Assembly: GCF_000281045.1 (NCBI RefSeq)
Contig: NW_008246100.1
Location: forward strand, 145,385 to 209,384
DNA from: Saprolegnia diclina VS20
Lineage: Eukaryota
Length of the DNA stretch: 64,000 nt
Reading direction: 5' to 3'
Position numbers and translations under genes: made by a program. Position 1 is the stretch's first letter, and each line of letters opens with the position of its first letter. Positions 56,193-64,000 of the stretch are shown one piece after another. The notes under the pieces were generated by a model. That model ran no database searches. It was not told where the DNA came from and was given only the letters and a program-made list of their open reading frames with translations.

Positions 56193-57378
56193 TCAACCGC
56201 CAAAACCGAGGGCGATCTGCTGCGCGCCGAGGCGTGCAAACTCGGTGCCAACGTCCGTGGCATGCCGATGGAAGACCGCTGCCTTCTTGGTGTCATGCGT
56301 CGTCGAGAGGTCGCAGCCCCAGTAGCGCGCTTCGTCGTCGAGCGAGACGTACCCATTGGCTGTAAAATAATGCGACGTGGTGTAGAGCACACGGAGGCGC
56401 GTCATCGCGGGCCCGAGGCGGTCGAGGACGAACCAAAAGTTGCGGTTGCATTGGCGCTGGCTCTTGGGCAAGAGCTCGTCTTCGTGGATATTTTGGCCCA
56501 CAAAGGTCACGCGGTTCGGAGTGCGGAACTCGCGGGTCAGGTAGTAGATGGACTCTTCGCCCGAGAGCACATTGCGCGTGTAGCGCATTCGGTCGTCGGG
56601 CTCTTGCAGCAGCTATCGACAACGAGGCTCGCGCGTGCATAGTTGCGATGTTCCTACCTCCATGTCGAGGGGCTCGGTGAAGTTCTCCTGCATCTCGCGA
56701 TCTTCGTAGTTCCAGAGCGCGCCAATCAGGAACGAAACGACGTTGTCGCGGATCGCCGGGACGACATACTCGAGCGGGATCGGGAGGTCCTGCTGGCAGC
56801 GCAGCACATACTGGAGGCACTCGGCGTCGGCAGCGTCGACGTAAAAGTCGAGCAGCGACTTCGGCGCCATCGGCGACGGAAACTTGAACGTCTCGAGCAT
56901 CTTGTCAGTGTGAAAATGGACGTTCTTGGTGATCCAGTCAAAGCCTAATTTGCGCGACGTCGCGTTGCTGACGAGCGTGACGTTGCGCCACGTAGGTCGA
57001 AGCGATGGCGGCGTCTACAGAAGGCGCGCACGCATGTAGCGACAAGCGAGGACATGCGCAAAGGTGTACCTGGATCCCTTTTTGAATGGCAATCCATTTG
57101 GCCATGGCGGATATTACATCCAGATACGCCTTGCGCTTGGCCTCGAGCGTCGTCGTCGAGCGGCGCGCAATGACCACGTCGTCTTTGAGGCCTACCGCGA
57201 CGTCCTTCCAACTCAGGAGCTGCTTCTTGGCGGTCAAGCGGGCCACGTGGCGCTCGAGAACGGCGGCTTCGGCCTGGAGCGCCTCGATCTCAGACACGAT
57301 CTTCTGCCGGTACGCACGTTGCTTGTAGCGTATGTAGAGGCGCTTCCGCAGCACCGGGTCCAGCGTCGGCTCGGGCAT
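56193..57378 (-). CDS. bZIP-like/START-like oomycete family protein (M96-related architecture), multi-exon
   Basis: Basic region RKRLYIRYKQRAYRQK plus zipper and LSWKDVA..L; WRNVTL; C-terminal LTREF..RVTFVGQNIHEDE. Confidence 0.7.
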
Positions 57379-57945
57379 TGGACGCGACCGACTGGCACGC
57401 ACGCCACACCCTGTCTGCGGGAAACACCTACATTCCGGCACCTACATTCCCACGGCATCGTGGACGCTGGCACAGCTCGCTGCCACGTACTAGTACTAGT
57501 ACACTTCTGTACTACTGTGCACTATGGCGAGCAAGTCGCAAGGAATCTCGAGCCCTACCGAGCCTTTATACCCAGCAAGCAGGGGCGAACCGTCGACAGG
57601 GCGGCACCGACCTTGGCGAGGCGCGACTCAGATCTCAGTGGTAAAACTGGGCGAACTGGATCTTCTTGCCAGATCGCAGCCGCGCCAAACAACGAGCCAG
57701 ACCGCCACGCAGCGCTGCTCTGCCTCATGGTCTCTCACATTATTGATCTAGTTTCCTGATCTGGTCGTACCTCAAATTTGCCGCTTGCACTTGAAATTTC
57801 GGCGTCGACGTTTGCATGATCACGCAGCTTGGTGACAGAAAACCTCCATAAACGGATGTCGCCGTCGTCAACCGGAACGACTGGCGGGAGTGTATGCGTT
57901 TTCAGAGGGAGCGGCCATTTGGCATTTGCGATTGGGTTCCGAAAG

Positions 57946-59718
57946 ATGGAAATGGAACCGACGGGGTCGGTAGACGCGCGGTATGTGAAGGCGACGAGCA
58001 GCGGCGCCGAGCTAGAGGTCAAGGAGACGGCGACCGCCGACGTCCAGGAGAGCGACTCGGGCGCGCCGGAGCAGGTCAACGACTACAAGATCGGCGCGCT
58101 CCTCGGCGAAGGCGCCTACTCCAAGGTGTACCTCTGCGAGAAGACGACGGGGGGCGTCACGACGCAATATGTACGACTTGGCACGACAGCTGCATGGCTC
58201 ATATGTACATGCGCAGGCCATGAAGATCCTCAACAAGTCGTTCCTCAAGCGCAAGCGCGAGTTCAAGAAGGTCGGCGGACGCATGGTCGCCTCCAACGCC
58301 TTCCAAAAGGTGCAAAAGGAGATTGCGATCATGAAGAAGCTGCGCCACCCCAACCTCACGCACCTGCACGAGGTACTCTCTTGCGTTGGTCCATGCGCCA
58401 AACGACGCGCGTAGGTCATTGACGCCGAGTCCCAAGACAAGATGTTCCTCGTGCTCGAGCTCGTCACCGGCGGCCAGGTCATGGACTGGGACCCGACGGC
58501 GCTGTGCTACAAGTACATTGGCTCGCAAGGCCAAGCGCCGACGGCAATCGTGCAAGCATGCGTCGTGGACATGGCTCTGGCGCTCGAATACCGTATGCTA
58601 TCGCTCATCTTGGTATCTTTTGGCTTGACGAAAATGCACCTACGTAGTGCACTTGAACCAAATCTGCCACCGCGATATCAAGCCCGAGGTAGAACCATAT
58701 ATCACGCTGGAAGTCGCATGCTGATCTACCGCGTAGAACGTGCTCATGACCAACGACAAGACGAGCTACAAGCTCAGCGACTTTGGCGTCGCACACATGT
58801 TTACGGACGACGACATGGCGACGGAGCTCAAGAACACGGAGGGCACATACCACTTTCTAGCTCCCGAGTGCACGGTCGGGGCTGCGTTCGACCCGTTCAA
58901 GGTCGACGTGTGGGCGCTGGGCGTCACAGCGTACGCCATGCTGTACGGGAACTTGCCATTTGGGGCTTCCAAAGAGCACCTGGAAGGCGGCGCCCTTGCC
59001 ATCATGGGGTCGATTCGCGAAGACCCCCTTGTGCTGCCGTCCGCCGGCAGCGACCCGCTCTGCGACGAAGTGCTCACGCGCCTCATGGACAAGGACCCAT
59101 CGACACGCATCTCGCTGTCCGAGCTGCTGCAGCATCCGTGGCTCGCGGCGGCGGTGCACCACGAGCGCGCGTCCATCGTGGAAGTGTCGCCGGAAGAAAT
59201 TAGCCTTGCGTTCACGCCCGTCAACAACTTTATTCTCATGGTACGCTAACCCGTCGAAGTCCGATGGCATTGTCAGGTTGCTTTAGACGAAGCTCAAGAT
59301 CAAGTTTGGCGCCAAGCTCATGAAGGCGCGACGCACGTTGCGCGAAGAGAGCTCGCGGAGCAGCTCGATCGAATTGCCGTCCCCGTCGCCTGATAGCATC
59401 GACGAGGTGCCCGCCAGCATCGGGTTGCCGCCATCGCCGTCGGGAAAGCCCATGGAAGCCCTGCCACCACCGATCAACCTCTCGTTTGGTCTCTCGCTCG
59501 AAGACCGCTCCGACAGCGTCCGCGCCTCGACGCAGAGCGAGCCCCACGTGATCCTGGACGAGCCGCTGCGCTCGTCGCTCCATAGCGCACCGGTCGCTCC
59601 TGCCCACGGCGCGACGACGCCGCCCAAGCGCATGCGCAGCTTTGGCGACCGGCTTTTCCAGCGCCAGAGCTCCAGCGTCCCAGACGGCAAGAAGCAAAAG
59701 GACTGCACGTGCATGTAA
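57946..59718 (+). CDS. CaMKK-like Ser/Thr kinase, paralog of 54611-56166 (multi-exon)
   Basis: VNDY..LGEGAYSKV; KS.LKRK.EF..V.GRMVA.NAFQKVQKEIAIMKKL shared with the paralog; HRDIKPEN; TEGTYHFLAPE. Confidence 0.88.
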
Positions 59719-60468
59719 ACGTCCATCAGATGCGACATCCATGTATATATGAATCAACTAAGGGAGCTCCTTTATTGTCTGCATCCTGCTATGACATCGA
59801 TAGCATACTAACTCTTTCCGTCAGTGGTCGAGAGAACCATGTCTATTGCAAACACCCTAACCTCGATGCTGATAGCTCAAGGGACATGATACCCCTTATC
59901 ACGGAGAGCTCACTTGTACACCGAGGAGGATGTTCTTTGGCTCCTTGTTCTCTGCCATGACGCGCAGGGCATCATCGTCCAGAGGTGCTGCTGCAAAATA
60001 CTAGTAGAACGGTGACGAGGTCGTCGTCAAGCGGACAGAGTAGCGTCGTCATGGGGAAGTCGAGGTGTGTAGGACGAAATGAACCAAGTACGAATTCGCT
60101 GGGATGAGCTGTCTCGACCACCAACGAGCCACAAGAACCGTCCACTTCATATCGGGCCCGAAGATCACAAGTGGTGCCATGTGCTTGCGCGATCAACTAA
60201 GATCTTGATCTTCACATCTTCTCAGCGACGTTGAAGTTGCCAAGGCGCTGGCGTTGCGCCGAATGCTCTGCGGCGCCCATGCGAACGTTCGTGAAGAGCC
60301 AGTGAACATCCGGATAACATATCCGGCGTTTGCAACATTCACTTGACCAGCACTCTCAAGGGCGATGGTATAGAGTCGGCAAGTGTAGAGCGGCCGTAGA
60401 CCATCACTCGTAGAAGGGCGGCCACTGAATCGAGCCAGTGGACGTTGACATCTCGATCACTTTTCAAA

Positions 60469-60996
60469 ATGCCCACCACAAGCAACACGAGTAGCAGCTG
60501 CCTCTTCCGGAAGCTCCAGCGCATGCTGAGCCAAGAGAGCGACCGCGTCGTCGCATGGAGCGACTGCGGCAAGCACTTTAGCGTCGGCGACTTGCCGCGC
60601 TTCGAGGCCAGCCTCTTGCCCACGTACTTTCGCCTCCGGACGCTCGGCGAGTTTCGCGCGCTTCTGTGTCAGCACGGCTTTACTTGCAGCGACGACACGA
60701 AGTTTCACCACAGCGACTTTTCCCGCGACTGCCCCGCGCCTCTTGCGCCCAAGAAGCGAGCGACCGGCAAGGTCCTCTCCAAGACCACAAAGACCCGCCA
60801 CCACCCCTACAGTGCGCCGACGACGACAACGTTCCGAGGCGGCGACGACCTTTGGTCGGCGCTGGCCGCTGTCTGTCTGCAAACACCCGAAACGAGCACG
60901 AGCTCGACGAACCCGCTCTTCCAGAAGCACACCAGCTTTGAGACGCAGCCCGACGCATGGCAATTGCTCAACGGCCATTCGGTGGTGTGCGTCTAA
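60469..60996 (+). CDS. Divergent HSF-type DNA-binding domain protein
   Basis: FRKLQRML..VVAWSDCGKHFSV.D...FE..LLPTYFR...F...L..HGF..FHH.DF.RD. Confidence 0.8.
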   Translation: MPTTSNTSSSCLFRKLQRMLSQESDRVVAWSDCGKHFSVGDLPRFEASLLPTYFRLRTLGEFRALLCQHGFTCSDDTKFHHSDFSRDCPAPLAPKKRATGKVLSKTTKTRHHPYSAPTTTTFRGGDDLWSALAAVCLQTPETSTSSTNPLFQKHTSFETQPDAWQLLNGHSVVCV

Positions 60997-61474
60997 GGCG
61001 ACGCCACCGTCTTGCTTGTAGTCTGTCCCGTACTGTCTTATGTCTCGATTTGAGAACCCTGCTATTTAACACGAGATTTCCCGTCTATCGACTAGCAGTG
61101 TGAACCCATTCGGAGTAGGATCGTGTGAGAAGAGTGCAAGCACTTTGCGTAAGCCACAGTAATTAACACTTGTGCTGCATTCTATGGATAATGCCACGTT
61201 GGATTCAACCGGATCAATAAGATTAATGCTACCGCTGGAAGCGAGCTGCCGTAGCTTCTCCAAGCTTTACCAAGACGATGCACCCTTGGCTGCACTGATG
61301 GTGGTGGCAGTTTTGGCAAGTCGTCGAAACGCGAATGTTGGTCAGAGCGCCTTTTGGCCAATCACATGTGCCTCCGTCGGACCATCATTCTGTCGGCCGC
61401 CACAACGAAGTTATCCGGATGGAGCCGGATACCATGCCAGGGCTGGCATGCTGCCATTGCCAGACTTCCTGCGG

Positions 61475-62791
61475 ATGGCGGGCAGCAACATTGCGAGCGG
61501 CTTCGTGCGCAAGCTGTACTTGCTCCTGGACCACGAGAGCTCCGAGATCATTGCGTGGAGCGAAGATGGCACCAAGTTCTCGATCCTCGACCGCGAGCAG
61601 CTCGATGCGACCGTCCTGCCCAAGTACTTTCGCGGAAAGCTGGCGGCCTTCCACCAGCAACTGCTGGACCATGGCTTCCACTGGGAGAGCGAGGCGAACG
61701 ACGTCGAGACGTACACGCATGCGAGCTTTGTGCGAGGCGTGCCGGGCCTCCTCGACATGATTGTGCGCACGCCGCAGCCCAAGTGCAAGACGTTCCCAAA
61801 GATCAAGAAGGCCAAGAAGGAGCGCCGGAAGCAGCTCGAGCCGTACGCGAAAAAGGCGCCGCCGCCGCCGTCGAGCCTCCAGGTCGAGCCTGGCAGCCAC
61901 GAAGAGCTCGTGTGGAAGGCGATCAACCACTTTATGTACTCGACCGACAAGAGCCCGCTCTTTGCGTCGGCCGCCAACGCGACGCTCCTCGAGACGCCGG
62001 GCTTTACGCCATCGATGGTGCAGCTCGCGCCTGACCCGATCCCGCCCGTCGTCAAGGGCGTCAACCCTCTCTTCCAGCACGCCAAGATGCCCAACCCACT
62101 CTTCCAAACCGCTCCAAAGAACCCCCTTTTCGACACGGCGCCAGCGAAAAACCCTCTTTTCGAAAAGGTGCCGAGCAGCAACCCCCTTTTCGACAAGACG
62201 CCAAGTACAAACCCCCTTTTTCAGACCTCGTCGCCGTCCCAGAACCCCCTTTTCCAAAAGACAGTGTCATCATCGAGCAATCCGCTCTTCCAGAAGACAA
62301 CAAGCTCGACGAGCTCCGCCAGCAGCAGCAGCAGCCCGGCCGCGACCAACCCGCTCTTCGCCGCCAGCCCGCTCTTTGGCGCGCCCAAGCCAGCGCCCTC
62401 GTCGCTGTTTGCGGCGCCGTCGCTCTTCCAGACGCCTGCGACCGCCGCACCGAGTAACGAGTGGCAGCACCTGGTGTCCTCGTCGGTCGACCGCTTCATG
62501 CAGAGCACGGATAAGTTCTCATCGGCCGAAGACACGTTCAAGTTTATCATGGAAGAGCGGTCGCGCATCGCGACCGAGAAGGAAAAGCTAGAGGCGGCGC
62601 CCGATGAGCTCTTCCCGAGCCTCGGGACGGCCCCGGACGCGCTTCTGACGTTCCTCATGGGCTCGTCCGTCGACTTGCTTCAGCGCAGCGTCGACACGTT
62701 CGAGCACCACCTCACGCAGCTCGACATGAGCGACTCGCACGACGACGACGACGACGAAGACTTCGGGCTCGTGGACGACGAGACGTCGTAG
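61475..62791 (+). CDS. Divergent HSF-type domain protein with NPLF repeats
   Basis: FVRKLY.LL..IIAWSEDGTKFSI.D..VLPKYFR..HGF..YTH.SFVRG.P.LL..I.R; repeat region; acidic C-terminus. Confidence 0.85.
   Translation: MAGSNIASGFVRKLYLLLDHESSEIIAWSEDGTKFSILDREQLDATVLPKYFRGKLAAFHQQLLDHGFHWESEANDVETYTHASFVRGVPGLLDMIVRTPQPKCKTFPKIKKAKKERRKQLEPYAKKAPPPPSSLQVEPGSHEELVWKAINHFMYSTDKSPLFASAANATLLETPGFTPSMVQLAPDPIPPVVKGVNPLFQHAKMPNPLFQTAPKNPLFDTAPAKNPLFEKVPSSNPLFDKTPSTNPLFQTSSPSQNPLFQKTVSSSSNPLFQKTTSSTSSASSSSSPAATNPLFAASPLFGAPKPAPSSLFAAPSLFQTPATAAPSNEWQHLVSSSVDRFMQSTDKFSSAEDTFKFIMEERSRIATEKEKLEAAPDELFPSLGTAPDALLTFLMGSSVDLLQRSVDTFEHHLTQLDMSDSHDDDDDEDFGLVDDETS
62063..62360 (+). repeat. Coding repeat: nine copies of AAY-CCN-CTY-TTY (Asn-Pro-Leu-Phe) with variable spacers
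   Basis: Recurring aaccctctcttc/aacccccttttc-type units about 27-36 nt apart, with a longer final spacer. Confidence 0.85.
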
Positions 62792-62846
62792 TATCGGTAA
62801 TGTAGTTCAAGTAGTACAATAGAACGCCTTTTCATGGATTCACAAG

Positions 62847-63608
62847 TTACAAGGACGAGGTCTTGTGGAGCCGGCGGCGAAAGAGGTCGAAGATCATGCC
62901 GTAGACAAGGCTCGTGAGCTGCGCGTCGAAGCGGTCGCCTTCGTCGCGCATGAACGCATGCGGGCCGTTGACCTCGTGCCAAGTAAAGTCCTTGGCCGCC
63001 GCGTTGAGCTTGTCGTAAATGTGCGTGCGACCGGCCTGCGGTACGTGCGGGTCCTGGCGCCCAAACACAAACATGAGCTCGCCAGTGATGAGCGCGAGGC
63101 GCGCCGGGTCCATGCTGTGCGTGCCGGGCGTCGACGGAATGACCTGCGTGTGGAGGTCCGTCGCGTACATGCACGCCGTCGCGAGCACTTCGGGCTGCTG
63201 CGCCGCGCGGAAGGCCAAGTGACCGCCGAGGCAAAAGCCCATCGAGCCAAACGCGCCGCTGCACCACGGCTGCGTCTTGGCCCACGCGATCGCCGCGGCA
63301 TTGTCGCTGTCGTACGCGGTCACAGGCTTGGCGCTCTTGTCCGCGTTGCCCTTGTCCTTGCCAACGTCGTCGTATGCGAGGACCGTGCCAATCGGGTTGA
63401 GCTCGTGGAACACTTCCTGCACGAGCACGACGTAGCCATGGCCCGCGACGTACCGCGCGGTGCGCTCGATGGGCCCCGTCTGCTGGAAGATTTCGGAGAA
63501 GAGGAGGATCGTCGGGTACCGCGCCGACGCGTCCGTCGGGCGGTGGACATACGTCCGCATGACGCCCGTCGGCGTCGGCAGGTCCACGTGTTCGCTCAAG
63601 ATCATCAT
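62847..63608 (-). CDS. Dienelactone hydrolase (carboxymethylenebutenolidase) family, intronless
   Basis: FSEIFQ.TGPI; nucleophile GFCLGG; FGRQDPHVP; HAFMRDEGDRFD. Confidence 0.92.
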   Translation of the reverse strand: MMILSEHVDLPTPTGVMRTYVHRPTDASARYPTILLFSEIFQQTGPIERTARYVAGHGYVVLVQEVFHELNPIGTVLAYDDVGKDKGNADKSAKPVTAYDSDNAAAIAWAKTQPWCSGAFGSMGFCLGGHLAFRAAQQPEVLATACMYATDLHTQVIPSTPGTHSMDPARLALITGELMFVFGRQDPHVPQAGRTHIYDKLNAAAKDFTWHEVNGPHAFMRDEGDRFDAQLTSLVYGMIFDLFRRRLHKTSSL

Positions 63609-63851
63609 CGTGCCAGTTGTCAAATGGGCGATGGCCAGGAACCGCCGACGTTGATTGGCCAATATTGCGATCTTTCAGGGTCGTACAAATCTGAACGACC
63701 CCATGTCGCGACGTCGACACCACTCTACACAGCCCACCCTCTCAAGACTCAAACGACTACTACTCACGACTATGTGTAAGATGCCCTTCGCGATCCACTG
63801 TACCAAAACGCTGTTTACATTCTGCATGTCAAAACGCATGCCACATCGACA

Positions 63852-64000
63852 CTAGGCGGGGGTCGTACGACGGGCGCGGAACCGCCGCTGGAGCGTGTTG
63901 GCGACGCGGTGCATGGCGGCTTGGTTGATCAAGACGAAGATCTTATCGTCGGCGTGAACGACCACATGGGCGTACGGTGCCGTGTAGACATAGTCTTTTT
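63852..64000 (-). CDS. 3' end of a gene, probably a Slo/BK-type K+ channel (RCK2 end plus IQ-like motif); partial
   Basis: Translates KDYVYTAPYAHVVVHADDKIFVLINQAAMHRVANTLQRRFRARRTTPA*; YV.T.P..D.IFVL resembles the end of BK-channel RCK2. Confidence 0.55.
   Translation of the reverse strand, partial: KDYVYTAPYAHVVVHADDKIFVLINQAAMHRVANTLQRRFRARRTTPA

Noticed and set aside
62063..62360. CRISPR-like repeat-spacer array
   Set aside because: Repeats are only about 12 nt, degenerate at third codon positions and in frame within a eukaryotic CDS; no cas genes

Overview
Gene-dense eukaryotic DNA with high GC3 codon bias, short (about 40-55 nt) GT-AG introns, oomycete INR+FPR core promoters (GCTCATTYYNCAWTTY-like) and oomycete-typical families (START+FYVE, bZIP-like/START, TKL receptor kinase, divergent HSFs). 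It is most consistent with an oomycete, probably Saprolegniales; this is an inference. About 38 protein-coding genes are supportable. Housekeeping genes include NDC80, an FHIP/FAM160 protein, ESS2, NOT3, AMPK-gamma, CHCHD2/10, a fused glutamine-dependent CPS and two CaMKK-like kinases. There are many local paralog pairs. The most notable observations are: (1) three adjacent transposase-derived DNA-binding genes with two unrelated N-terminal DNA-binding modules but one shared C-terminal module; (2) a tRNA-Phe-derived structured element with a collapsed anticodon loop and two B-box-like motifs upstream of CPS; (3) a receptor kinase with an elicitin-like six-Cys ectodomain; (4) a mitochondrial-clan-like P450; (5) two HSF-like proteins with degenerate recognition helices, one carrying a 9x NPLF repeat; (6) a recurrent upstream palindrome ATCCGGAT; (7) bacterial-like intronless EVE and dienelactone hydrolase genes. 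All calls are by eye without database searches, and exon boundaries are approximate.
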